Assembly (NCBI GenBank): GCA_036172245.1
Contig: JAYWIR010000017.1
Location: 1-64,000 of the forward strand
DNA: 64,000 nucleotides
Direction of reading: 5' to 3'
Origin: Raillietiella orientalis
Taxonomy: Eukaryota
Shown here: one piece after another, positions 1 to 11,999 of the stretch
How the letters are laid out: the number at the start of each line of letters is the position of its first letter
Position numbering within the stretch: position 1 is the first letter of the stretch
The notes under the pieces: model-generated
What the model was told of the DNA's origin: nothing
What the model saw: only the letters and a program-made list of their open reading frames with translations
The model's database searches: none
Made by a program: the position numbers and the translations under genes

Positions 1-533
1 AGTCATGTGGACCACCACGGAGCGGTCCATTGATACTGGCAGGATCTTTCGGCCGTCTACGTTCGGCGGCGCATGGATTAGGCGGTGAGCCAAGGTGACA
101 TCTTTGCAGACCACCTTGACCCGCTGCCCGCCGCTGAGGACGGAGAGGCCGTCCAGATCCTTCTCAGTAACGTTCGCGTCCTTCAACGCTTTGCTGAAGG
201 CGCGCGCTGTCCGGCCGTCGAACAAGTTGCCTACCTGGTAGACAAGCGATGGCTTGTACCAGGAGGCCTTGTATGCGGCCATCTCCGCCATGGCTTCTGC
301 GCTGGGCGCGGCCACCATGGCGCTCCATGTCCTCGGCGTGGCCGGGGATGATTCCGGGGCGGCTGCCCCTGCTCCAGTAGGCTGTGGGGGCGAACTAGCC
401 TCCCCCACTCCCACCTCCATCGCGGTGTCCTCTAGCGTCGTGGCCATTGGACACCGACGATGTACACAAAACACCACACAGAAGAAAAAGCGCTTTCCTA
501 CTACTCTTTGGGGAGTGAAGGAAAAACACGTCC
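1..533 (-). mobile_element. L1/Tx1-like LINE, 5' UTR plus N-terminal ORF1 (runs off window start)
   Basis: Minus strand reads YQVGNLFDGRTARAFSKAL...VVCKDVTLAHRLIHAP..DGRKILPVSMDRSVVVHMT, homologous to ORF1 at 4382-4846. The family 5' motif GGACGTGTTTTTCC is at 533-520. Confidence 0.8.
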
Positions 534-1971
534 TCCAACTGGCCGCGGAGGGGGCTGGCTTCAACGATGCAGCCAGCTCCTCCGTCGCACGCTCGAAGGC
601 GGCGTCGTCGATCACGGTCTCGATGACGGACGCTTCCGCCGGTTCGCTCCCCACGCTGTTGACATTTTCAACAGTGGGTTGCTCGTCGGTAGCAGCGATT
701 TCTACCCTGCAGCGTTCGGCGGGGACGCGTTCCACGACGACGCTGCATTCTTTTAAATTCTCGCTAACCTGCTGTTTTTTATTTTGGTAGGCGAGCTTTT
801 TTTCGATTCGTCGTTCTTTCTTCGACTTTTTTTTCTTTTTCGCTGTGACTTCTTGCCATTCCAACACCTGACCGCTTTTGTCAATCTTTTCGGCATTCGT
901 TGCCGGGGTGTCGGCTGAGGCCTGGACCACGGGAGTGGGTGGCACAGCTTGAGCGGCAGCCTTCGCCGCCAGTTTTTTCTGTAGCAGCCGCGCGCGTTTT
1001 TTTAGGTTCCTCGCGGAAACCACGCGCACAGAGGATTGTGGACACACTTCCTTCGTTTGGCCCATTGTCCCGCATACCAGGCACTGTACGTTGGGGCACC
1101 TTCTTTTGAGGTGTCCCGACGTGTTGCAGAAGCCACAGTATTTGGGCTTCCCCACGTACCAGAGGTCGACGCTTTCTCCTCCGACCACCAGTTTGTGGGG
1201 AAGGGTAGAGCCCTCCCGAACGGTTACACGGGCAGCCGTGAGGCCGCACTGAACTGTGGTATAGTCCTCGAAAGGACTAGGCTTGGTCCATACTGCATGG
1301 ACCGTGCCTTCTTTTCCCAACGCGGCGCGTAACTGTTCTTTCCGCATCCGCGCGGTAACTCCTAAAAGGTGGACCAACATCCTGTGGTCCGCCGTAACGG
1401 GAAGGAACCTGCGTGTCCCCATTACCACGGGGGTTTTAAGCAGACGGTGGGCCAGATCTGCATGTTTGCAGATCACCTCTACGTACTGTTCCCCGCTACG
1501 AATGGTCATAGCGCAGAGCTCCTCTTCTTTAACTTCGAGAGCGCGCATCCCCTTCGAAAAGGCGCGCGCACTCTCAGCAGAATACAAATTTCCTACCTTG
1601 TAGAATAGTAATGGGTTATACCCCTCTTCCACATAGGCAGATAATTCCGCCGCGGCTGCAGGCGATGGCGCCGACACGACGGCGCTCCACGCCCGCGCTG
1701 CAGCGGGGACCGGTTTTGTGCGGGCGGACGCCCCCACCTCCTTCGCCACTGAAGGCGACGTTGCCGCCGCCCCCTGGCACTCCACCTTCTCTAGAGGCGA
1801 CGTTGCCGCCGCCACCTGGCACTCCATTTCTTCAGGAGGCGACGTTGCCACCGCCCCCTGACACGTACTGGTGGTCGCGTCAGGCATTGCTGCCTGATCG
1901 ACTACCACCACACACGAAGCCTACACCTAGGGACGGTTCCCGGCACGAGGAGCACCGAGGAAACACGTCCG
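534..1971 (-). mobile_element. L1/Tx1-like LINE ORF1 (gag-like, CCHC zinc knuckles), degraded, with 5' UTR
   Basis: Minus strand VDLWYVGKPKYCGFCNTSGHLKRRCPNVQCLVCGTMGQTKEVC (~1170-1040), followed by a Lys-rich region. The 5' motif CGGACGTGTTTCC is at 1971-1959. Confidence 0.85.
1753..1864. repeat. Tandem repeat, ~2.7 copies of a 42-bp unit within ORF1 N-terminal region
   Basis: AGGCGACGTTGCCRCCGCCMCCTGRCAC.. starts at 1753, 1795 and 1837. Confidence 0.9.
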
Positions 1972-1999
1972 CTCTAGACGACGTAAAGCTTTCGACTGC
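1959..1999 (-). promoter_or_regulatory. Putative Inr plus DPE internal promoter, second copy
   Basis: GCA(+1)GTC with A at 1997 and GGACGTG starting at +28 (1970). Overlaps RT-coding sequence on the opposite strand. Confidence 0.4.
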
Positions 2000-4135
2000 G
2001 TCGACCAGGAACTCCTTCTGGAGCTTCTGGAGCGCTTGGAATTTCCGGCCGTCTTCCTGGCCTACCTGCGCTCCTGCTGGCGCTTCGCGTTCATTAATAT
2101 TAATTTCAGCGGCCGGTACGTGTTCGGCGTGCCGGTTCGTCGTGGCATCCGGCAGGGTAACAGCCTCAGCCCCCTGCTCTTCAGCATCTACTTTGAGTTG
2201 GTGCTGAGAGCATACAGGGAGACTTTGGCAACCCTGCCGAGCTCGTGTCCCGGCACGCCTGCCGTGTCGGCCTATGCCGACGATCTTCTGCTCCTGCTTC
2301 CCGGGTCCACCCCGGCATCGGCGCTCGAGGATTTCTTCGAGTTGCTATACCGTGGGACAGGCCTCCAGGTGAACAGGACGAAGTCGTCGTTGCTTTTCAC
2401 CGACTCGACGAGGGCCGGACGGTCGGACTGGATCCGCTTGGGGATCCCCACGGGCAGGTACATCAAGTACCTTGGCGTTCCGTTGGGGGACTTCTGCTCT
2501 GCAGAAGCCTGGTCCGACCGTCTACAAAAGGTGGAGCTGGCGATCGGCCCGTTCCGGGACGGCAAGTTTCACTTGCAGGAACGGGCCACGGTATGGAACG
2601 CTTTCGCGGCCCCCCTCCTTCGCCCCCTACTTTTTGTGTGCCCTACCCCGTATCAAATCAGGACACGGTCTAGGGGCCTTATACGGAAAGCCCTCTGGGG
2701 CAACCGGAGGCCTCGCGTCCGGCTCAAAGACTTGTGCGCTCCACGCAGGGACGGTGGACTTGGTCTCCTGACGTTGGAGCGCATGGAGCGACAGCTCCAA
2801 TTCAGAAAACTTGCCCTTGTGGCAAAGTTTTGGACAGCACCCTGGTGTGCACCAGCAAGACTCCTTGCTCACAGGGCAACCGGCTGCTTCGGATTGACTT
2901 CAATCCTGGTAGCCAACGAACGCAGCCTGAACCATTGTGGTTATCAGCTGCGGGATTTGGTTGCTCTGATGAGAGACAACCCTTGGATCTCCTGCATCCC
3001 AGCGGACTGGACTACCTGGCTTCAGGAATCCGTATCCGCATGGGCGAAGATCAATGGCACCAGCGATGAGGACTTCTCCTGCCTCCGCAGAGGAAGGCAC
3101 GCTGGTCAGCCACTCCAGGAGATCGTTTCCAACCCACGGAAACTTCTGTGGGCTTCCTTCACCCCCCTTGCCCCAGTGCTGCCCTTCCTCAGGGAAGTTC
3201 GGGACAGCAACCAACAGGCATCGTGGGAAGTGTCCTGCCTCATCGGAGGCAGGAAGAAATCACTGAAGGCGTGGACGCCGAGGGAACTAGCGGACGCTAG
3301 TACCCCGAGTGTCCCGCCGAACGGACTTTTACGCTGGGGCGAGCTGCTCGGTATACCTCCGGAGGAGGTGAAGTGGCCCCCAGCGTCATGGGACAACGGC
3401 ACCCTTCCCCTGCAGTGGCAGGAGACGGCGTTGCTTCTGCTCCACTGGGGACTTTTAAGCAGAGCACGCCTGTCTCGCTGGACATCGGGGAATGTGGATG
3501 CTAGTTGTGCAGAGTGCGGGGAAAGGGAGACCTTCCCCCACTTGATTCTGGAGTGTTTTGCCCTCCACGAAATGTGGGACAGACTCTCGTCGATCCTCAA
3601 CATTCCGGAGGGTCACCCGAAAAATCTATTCAGACGCCTTCTGACGCGAGACGGCTTGCCAGCCTCCGGGAGCGTAGCAGTGCTCTGCTGCATACGCGGT
3701 ATCCTGGAGAAGTAGACCGCGTCTAGGAGAGGAAGGGCCAGCCGGAATGCCATCCACTGGGCAGCGATCTCCTTGGAGAAAGCGTGCCGTTGGCGCCGAC
3801 TTCAAAAACATTTGCCAGCACTTGTTCGCATCCGAAACCGGATGCAAAGGCCTGCTCACGGCGCACCGTGATCCCCTCCCTCCCTCCCCCTCCCCAGAAA
3901 ACTTTGCCCTCCAGACGTTTTTCTTTTTTGGTTTTTGTTTTGTTTTATTTTTCCCGTCCCGGCGCCAGTGAAGGACCTTATCGACCTCCGGGTCGGTAAG
4001 GACAAGTGCTACTGAACTTCTGAACTGAACTTCTGACGTCGTAAAAAGAAAAATTTTAACAACATAGACTTTGTTACAAAATTTTGTAATTTCAAAATTT
4101 TAGTAATAAGAGCCCCGGCTTACCCGGGTGAAAAA
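1971..4135 (+). mobile_element. L1/Tx1-like LINE ORF2 3' half (RT motifs to C-terminal CCHC) plus 3' UTR and short A tail
   Basis: Open frame 1985-3715 with KAFDCVDQ, GIRQGNSLSPLLF, AYADD, IKYLGV, GGLGL and CAECGERETFPHLILEC. A pyrimidine-rich UTR and terminal hairpin plus AAAAA follow at 4105-4135. Confidence 0.93.
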
Positions 4136-6051
4136 CCTGCGACGGGAGACGTGAGGCCCACGTCTCCCCAACCTATGGAGGTGGGGTCATGCCCCACCAG
4201 AAAATCAGCCCCCGCCACCCCGGCGAGGGCGTGGAACAAGGTGGCCGCGGCGGCTCCGCCGGACGTGGCCGCCGAAGTGCAGGCCTACATAAAGGAGGGC
4301 TACAACCCAGCCCTCCTTTAGAAGGTAGGAAATCTTTATTCACCGCTTACAACGCGGAAATTTGGAAACGCCATCCGTAGGATGGGAATCTCTGACAAGG
4401 AGATTCTTTGCTTCTCGATTCGGAGCGGCGGGCAGTTCGCGGAGCTGATCTGCAAAGATGCAGCGCTCACACACAAACTGCTCTGCACGCCCGTTCCGTT
4501 CGAAGGGCGGAATCTCCTCCCACACACGGTGGATCACTCTATGGTGATCCACCTCACGGGTACAACGGTGCGGATGACCGATGAAGCCATCCGCACTGAA
4601 ATCAACAAATTCGCGGAGATATACGCGATGTGGTCAAAGCCCAACGCCCCTACTTATCGAGGCGCATTCAGTAGGCGAGTGGCCGCACGCGTAACTCTCC
4701 GCGAAAACAAAGAACTTCCCCACAAGCTTGAAGTCAACGACGAGCTCGTCGACCTCTGGTACGTGGGGAAGGAAAAATACTGTGGGCTGTGCAACACATT
4801 CGGGCATCTTAAAAAGAGATGCCCGGATGCCACATGCCCAATTTGAGGCGCGAAGGGCCACACTAGTGCTGTGTGCCCGAAAAACGCCGCGACAACGCCT
4901 TCAGCCCCTTCGACAAACGAGGGGAAGAAGGCAGAATTTAAAGCAAAGAGCGATGGAAAGCCGACTTCAGAAGAAGTCGTGCACAAGGAGCAGGAGCCTC
5001 AAAAGGAGACTTCTGATCCAAATGCCGACGAGGAAGGCTGGAAAATCGTCTCCGGCAAAAAACCCAAACAAATTGAAAACAAAACAAAAAAAATCCCCAC
5101 AAAAAACTCAAAAAATCAGAATGCGAGCGTTCCGAAAAAACCCGCGGTCGGCAAACCAAAAATTCCGCCGCGCGAGTACATAAAGGAATGCCGCGTTACA
5201 ATCGAGCTGCGTTCCGTCGATAGAGCGTCGATCGGCGAACGCGACTCCCGCAACCGTCGCGAACGCCGCGGAACCGCCGCAGGAATCCTGCGACAAACAC
5301 GCGAGCAGCAGCGACGAGAAAAACTTCGCGAAGGCGGCGGAGGAACTCGCGGCCACCTTAATGCAGACGCCAAAGGCTGCAAAGAAGGCCGTCAGACGTC
5401 CGGCGGAAGTTAAGGGCCCGGAAACTTCCGGGTCCGAGGCGGAAGCCGGAAACCCTCCCACCGTCGCCCTTCCGAAGAGGAAGGCGGGCCGGAAGTCGCG
5501 CAACCCTATGCGCGCCGCTCCCCCTCAGGCTGAGGAGGAGGAGATGCGCTCGGATAGCGAGGAGGCGATGTCCGCGAGGTCGCGGGATCCCTCCATCGAC
5601 AGCATCCGGTTGGTCCTTCCTATCGACCTCAGTCCGGCTGCAGACGTTCCGGTCGTTGCCGGAACGCCACCAGCGCAGATGGACAACGACCAGCCGCCTC
5701 CCGAACAGGAGGCGGCAATACACACGCCACCACCATCATTAGTATGATGCGTGGAATCGCCTCTTGCCGGCAGCTGCGTATAGCCTGTTGGAATGTCAAC
5801 GGGCTGCGTAGCGAAAGCAAGAGGCGTAGCGTGGCCGACACCCTGCGATCTTTCGACCTGGCACTTCTCCAAGAGGTGCATGCCCTCAGAGCAGAGGACG
5901 TCCAGGAAATCGAGAGGCTCACAGGGGGGAGGCTACTTTGGGGTGGTGGAGGAGACCACTCCCGCGGAGTGGCCTTCCTGCTGAAGCCGGCCGTCGCCAA
6001 TGCGGTGCGCAGTGCACAGTTCGACGAGGAAGGTCGAGTCGGACAACTTGT
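4136..6051 (+). mobile_element. L1/Tx1-like LINE ORF1 (degraded) and start of ORF2 APE endonuclease
   Basis: CGLCNTFGHLKKRC knuckle at ~4780-4820. ORF2 from ATG 5744 reads IACWNVNGL...LALLQEVH...SRGVAFLL...DEEGR, then is truncated at ~6051. Confidence 0.9.
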
Positions 6052-6826
6052 CCACTTGAGGACAACCTTGAAGGGTTAGGTGTTGGCTCTAGGCATTATG
6101 CAAATTGGTATAGCCCTCCTTAATGGGCAATGTCTAGTTTACTAATTGTAGCTTGCAATTGTGTTGTTGGGTAATCTGGAAATAGTGTCGCATACTTGTC
6201 GTAATCATTTCTTTCCAACCAGGTCATTAATTGACAATATGGCTGCAGCTGCTGCAACAGAAGAGCTTATAGCAGCATTTGAAGAGTATAGTGAAGGTCT
6301 TCCAGATTTGGACGGCGATATAGAGATTGGCCTTGCTACCGTAACAGACATATCTTTACCTGAAGATAGGAGATTACCAATTTATCAACCCACCGATGGT
6401 CGCGTTACCAATAAAAACTTAGCGGCAGAAGCAAACGGCTGGATACTCTAGCAAATTGTATAAGGATAACCAGATCCTGCTCATGGTGAATGGGATCTAT
6501 GCTTTCCTGACATACGATATGATCCGGTAAAGGCGAGTCAATGGAGAGTTAATACCAGACGGAGATTGCAGACCCACTTCACAAAGATATGATCTCACAC
6601 CAGCACAGCGCACCTCGAGTCAGGCATTGCTTTCCAAGCAGCTGGCAGTTAACTGCATGGTACTGATCATTGCAACCAAAGTAACATGTTGGTTAACAAA
6701 TCATCATACTGGAGTGAGAAAAGACAACCTTAAAGGGGCTGGTTTTCCTCTTAAAGTATGGCGGTCTTTGTTTGCGAAAGTCACTATATCTGTGGAGAAA
6801 GGGATGGATATGCTGCAAGATCCTGG
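6052..6826 (+). pseudogene. Probable endogenous viral element: RNA-virus nucleoprotein-like fragment (tentatively Qinviridae-like)
   Basis: Abrupt drop in GC. Intronless frame from ATG 6239 (MAAAAATEELIAAF...) is broken by stops and a frameshift, then continues to VLIIATKVTCWLTNHHTG. This resembles the K-x-x-W-x-x-NHH-x-G motif I recall from qinvirus-like nucleoproteins (recall only, unverified). Confidence 0.5.
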
Positions 6827-8305
6827 GTAAGATTGAAAGACTTCGTGGTGCCGTGTCAGGATGCAGGCTTGGGCATCCTCGACATAAACAGCATCGAGCC
6901 GCAGGTGCAGTTTCCTATGCTGCGGCTCTGTGCCAAGCTGTGGTGTACGCCGTGGTGCTTACACGCACGTCTTGTACTAAGGCGCTGCACGGGTAGCCAT
7001 GGAGTGCTTTCGTTGCCGCCCCACTTTCGGCACCCCAGAAATAGGTTTGGCTTCCCGCTGAGGCAGCTGTCCCCGCTGCTGCAAGCCCAAAGTTGGATTT
7101 CCTGCCGCCCCATGAACATAAGTGCATGGTGACAGGAATCCTTTGCATCGTGGGCCGCTTCCGAAGGAACGCGCCCGGAAGATCTTCGACGCCTGTGACT
7201 TCTCTTCAGTCATCCAATGGAGGAAGTCATACAGGACAAGAAGTCGGATCGTCTGGCCACCACACCACTCGCCGCAGCCCTGTCTAAACTCAGGGCAAGC
7301 AACGACAGTTGCCTACCGGCGGAATGGGAGTTCTCTTGCACAATAGCAGGTCTAAGCTCCTGGGCGGTTGGACGACAAAGGAGCTGGTGGAAGCCACCAC
7401 TCCTTGGAATCAGGCGAAGGGCCTGCTTCGGTGGAGTGAGCATTTAAGTGTAACCCCGAAGAGATAGTGGTTCCCCCGTTTGTTTGGACAGCTCCGTGTT
7501 CCCCTTAAAATGGAAACAAGATGTGCTGCTCTTTTTACACTGGGGATTCCACTGTAATTGGCAGCGAAGCACCATTTCCGGGGGAGCTGCTTCGCCAAAC
7601 TGTTTGAGGTGCGGAGATATCGAGTCTTTTCCGCACCTCTTTCTGCACTGCGGTGACTTTTGTGAACTGTGGCGAAGGCTGATTTCAGCCATCATGCCGC
7701 AGGGAGGCACTGCCATTGATGTGCTGCGGCGCTTCTTCAGCAGAAATGGACTTTCGGTAGGCGTGATTGTCGCAACCATGTGTTGCATTCGTGCCATCGT
7801 GAAGGCCCGCTACGCCTTGGAGTTGTCAGCGCAGCGAAGGAAGGCTCACCTGCTTGCAGCTGAATCCATGGAGAAGGCTGCAAGTTGGTCTCATCTTCGT
7901 GACGAGGTGAAAGAGGACATCGCCGGCATGCATCGCCGGTTTACAGACTTTTGAGAACGGCGTAATCCGGTGACCCCTGCGACCTGTATCCCACCCATAC
8001 TCCATCCCCGTTCGCTCTGCTGAATTCTCGGTGCCATTACTTATATCCCGGTGCCTACCAGAGCTATTTCAAAGACCCTTGTCCCGGAGTCCAATATTCA
8101 TTGTTTTTCTTTTGTTTTTGTTTGTTTGTGTTCCCCGTCTCCACACACCGTTCCCAAGAATGTTATTCTGTCCTGCGTGCCAGCAATATTCTCTTGATCC
8201 TTGTCCAGTCGACGGTTGGGAGCCTCCTTCCCAACTGGTTTATGTTATATAATTTTCACTGCATGATTATATGGAATAAACGCCCCGGCATGACCGGGTG
8301 AGAAA
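6826..8305 (+). mobile_element. 5'-truncated L1/Tx1-like LINE: post-RT ORF2, CCHC finger, 3' UTR
   Basis: VRLKDFVVPCQDAGLGIL aligns to VRLKDLCAPRRDGGLGLL of 2036-3715. Also CLRCGDIESFPHLFLHC, and an AATAAA-hairpin-AGAAA terminus at 8275-8305. Confidence 0.9.
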
Positions 8306-8430
8306 TCTCCCAGGCTTGATCTGCGGAGATCACATGGACCTCCTGCAGCAGCACTAGGTGCGAAGGATGCCAGGATGCCCTGTCACTTCTCTTGCCGTCA
8401 TCGCTAAGCCCGGCGACGTTCCAACAGTCC
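8306..8430 (-). mobile_element. Fragment of LINE APE endonuclease N-terminus
   Basis: Minus strand CWNVAGLSDDGKR...HLVLLQEVHVISADQAWE, homologous to 5786-5910 and 32766-32890. Confidence 0.8.
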
Positions 8431-8449
8431 TACTATTCCAGAATGCCAA

Positions 8450-11400
8450 ACTACAAAAATCCACACTGATCCAGCACAGATGGAGAGCTGCTTGCCTAAA
8501 CCAAGATAATAAAACAAAATCCTCATGAACAACGAACTCCGAAAATGCCCTAGAATTCCTTACGAAAGAAACCCAACCCCAAAGTCACTGTCCATTTTGC
8601 GCATTTCACAAAACCATGACTATCTTCCTGGCATTTACCACAATGCAACCATAAGGCAAAGAGATGTTCATTCTCGGCATCGCGTAACGACTGTGCCGGG
8701 ACAGCTGTGTAAAATCAGCGGTTTCCGTAATTCTTGCAGTACACCAGCTAGACAAAAGTTTGAAAATGAAGACAATTAACCTCGCATCAAAATGGGGAAA
8801 TACGGCTCGAAAGAACACCATAGAGCTTAGAGTTCAAGAATATCCGACCACCACCCTGTACTGGAAACGGAAACGTTCCTCATAGGTGTGTAATCGCAAA
8901 GACAGAACCAGACTTCCTGGAAAACACCCTTGCACTCTGCGTAACAAACACAAATTATGAATAAAAATCCAACCCTCACTAAGTACCCAGGAAGGGACAA
9001 TGGATAAATTGCAAGCAAGCTATGGCAACATCAGATTCTAACAACCCTTCATCAACAACCATATGCCATCTTAGTGTCAAGATGATACTCAAGATGAAAC
9101 AAGACGAACTTCTGAAATCTTTTATTAGTTAGGACATAAGGTTCAATTTCTTGCAAAAGATGCCAGGAGGCGCATTCACATCAATAAAAATCCACAAACG
9201 TCATGGCTTTCCCAGGAAAAGACAAAGAAATGTATGTATATGTATGTATGTATGTATGTGTATATATATGTATATATATATATACATATACATTTGCTGT
9301 GAATATTCTTACACAAGAATAGGATAGCATGAATAAAGTACAGATTCCAAATGAAATAAATATGCAGTTTTGAAATCAAATCATTTAAAAAGGATTGAAT
9401 TCCAACATGTACCACCTTCATACCTAGACAAATGCATTCTTGAATTTCCAACAAAAAGAGGGGCAAAGCATCAGCCTCCTTCCAGTCCTACTATTTCATG
9501 CTTGCTATCATGGAATTCTATCGATTTTTTTTAACAAAAAGCATTTACTCCTGAGTAAATTTCCTGCCTATCAACCTAACCACATAGAAGCAATCTGGCA
9601 TTTCACCATGTTGCACATTCCAATCACTCATTCATACCTGGAACACGTTCCCTATTACAAAATTTTTTGTTCACATCCTCAGCTTTCACTCATTCATCGA
9701 AACTTCATATTTGCACAACATTCTAATGCCAAAACATTCAGCATTGACAGCATCACATTCAGCAAACGTTCAAAGATACCCAGCTGCATATACATTCAAG
9801 CTATTGAGTTCATCAACGCTGAAATCAAACTACCTTGTGAATGGCAGAATTGTACACAATTTGTAAGACTTGAATGATTTGGGATAAATTTTAAACCTGA
9901 CACTAAAATGACAATGTCACTGTTTTTTTTGAATATGTACAATGATGGTGAAAACAGGAATTGCTATCTTTCAAGCAGGCTATGTTTTCCATTCAGAAAC
10001 ACTTTGCCATCTAATGCACCTTTTGCAAAACTGCGATTTCTATGATGTGAATAAGCACTTTGCTGAGTGATTAACAAAAAGGGCAATCCACTCCAGAACC
10101 AAAAAGAACGAGGCAACACAGGGGTTTCACAAAACGAGTTCAATCATTGTACCTTTATTTTCCTGTCCTTCAACACACATTGCAAGTCAAAGTTGAGCTG
10201 CACATACTTTCCCTGACTAAAACATGATCCTAATTAGTACCTACTTCCTCGTTCGTTCATTTCCTCTCATACAATATCAAACCCATTTCAAAGTTACTCA
10301 AAAAAGTTCACATGCATTTCAAACATGAATTTGTTGAGATTCATCCGCCAGTAAAAGCTCTCCGTGAAAGTAAGCTTTCCCATTTGAAAACTCATAATGT
10401 ACTCACTTCATACTCTTTCCTCCAAATCCTCTTTTCGGTTTGCAGATAAACTTTTCCTTGCAGCTTTACTTACTAACAGTCATAGGGCACCACATGAGAA
10501 ATCTAGCATTATAAAATGAGGACATGCAAGGAAGACTTGGTATAAACTATGGTGATGGCACAAATACACTTGCCAATAAGGTCTTGAAGCTGGCACAAAA
10601 CCATACAGAAATAACTGATGGAAACCTTAGATTTTTTTAAAAAGAATTGAATGTTTGTATGAAATCTTGTAATTTTGCATCATATCATCATGAAAACGCT
10701 TTTGCAAATCACCGATCACAATAATATTTAAAACCAACACACATTAGCAAACCTAAACACCATGTTCACTTGGAATCTAACAAAGCTTCTTATTAGGTAA
10801 ATTCCAAGACGTAAGATCCTTTATGAATGAAAACCTCGGAAGTAGGAAGTTAGTAATGTCTCCATTACTAATCAGCACTATTGCCAGAGCTTCCAACAAT
10901 TTTATGTGGAGATACCATGAGAGTTCAATTTTGAATGAAAAGAGATTCATTAGTTGACAGATTCCAAACTATTTGTTTCCACAAAATCCTCAGCAGCAGG
11001 AACATGCAGTTGATTCCTTAACAATCAAACTCAATTTAGAATTCAAGACATCTCTGCCATCATGCAGAGTTAGCAGATTGCTTTCCTTTTCTGATATTGA
11101 CTTGGAAGCACTTCTTTCATAAGACTAGGCTAAAATTAAAATTTGTTTTCAAGAATGCATCTGCTTCGATCTGATTTGATGCAAATAGTGTTTTCAATGA
11201 GAGTGAATCTTAGCTGCTCATCACGAGCACCAAACCATGTTCAACACCCTACACCAACACAAAAGTATTTTCTTAACCACGATGAAAATAATAGGCAAAT
11301 ATGGAAAACAACGTGACTTATAAAGGTATTTAAGTTTATTTAATTAATTCTTCAGTCATATGATCTCAGAGGCGGTTGTTGCGAGTATCAGATCCATTAT

Positions 11401-11650
11401 AAAGACAATCTAACCATATCAATCTATCTGCAAGCTCTAAAACCATAGTCCACTTTCACACACACTCAAAAAAATAGACTTATCTAGAGTTATTATAGAT
11501 AGTATCTTTCACTCAGATGATGCAAACTGCAACCAAAGTATTGTCTCCTGATGGTTCATTTTGCCCATCTAGGAAGCTTTTCTTGGACAGCATTTCTCAC
11601 TGCTGGATTTCCCTACATCTAGTTAGTTCAACGAACTGACCGTTTCAAAA
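8450..11650 (-). pseudogene. Long intronless decayed coding sequence of unknown (possibly viral) origin; paralogue of 24880-26200
   Basis: Single frames persist for hundreds of nt with scattered stops. Peptide blocks QHGEMPDC, LFLLEIQEC..VVHVGIQ, FIFKLLSSWCTAR and SRYAM have collinear counterparts at 24.9-25.9 kb. Boundaries are approximate. Confidence 0.5.
9230..9292. repeat. (TATG)n/(TA)n microsatellite
   Basis: tgtatgtatatgtatgtatgtatgtatgtgtatatatatgtatatatatatatacatata. Confidence 0.95.
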
Positions 11651-11999
11651 CATTGAACAGCAGATCAGGCAGCTGTGTTGTTGTTCACGCAAAATCTGAT
11701 TGCAAAGTACACGGTTGCGAACCGAACTTCGTCGAACAATAGAACCTCAAAGTCCAGGTACGACCATCATGCTTATACCTCCTTTTTTTCCGACTGTGCA
11801 GCACCGTAGTTGAAACAAGTTTAAAGAAGACAGCTCGTGCTACCGCGGAGAAACGCAAATTCTTCATGTAACACTGGATTCGAGCAAATGATAAGGCTGG
11901 GATTTCGAACGACAACCGAAGCGTTGACGTTTTTTTTGCAAAAGCGTAGGCCCTTGTGTACGTCCATTGAAACAAGCGACTAGTCTTCTAGTGGAGAGT

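Noticed and set aside
1753..1864. CRISPR-like repeat-spacer pattern
   Set aside because: In-frame 42-bp tandem unit inside ORF1 with only ~10 variable bases; eukaryotic context and no cas genes.
254..2207. + strand ORFs (178 aa, 198 aa and others) as genes
   Set aside because: Shadow ORFs antisense to GC-rich ORF1 sequence.
6030..8320. Target-site duplication around the virus-LINE chimera
   Set aside because: Sequence after the 8305 tail does not repeat the sequence before 6052.
8520..9900. Phlebovirus-like glycoprotein (Cys-rich, hydrophobic segments)
   Set aside because: No Gc cysteine pattern recognised. The frames that match the 25-kb paralogue are a better explanation.
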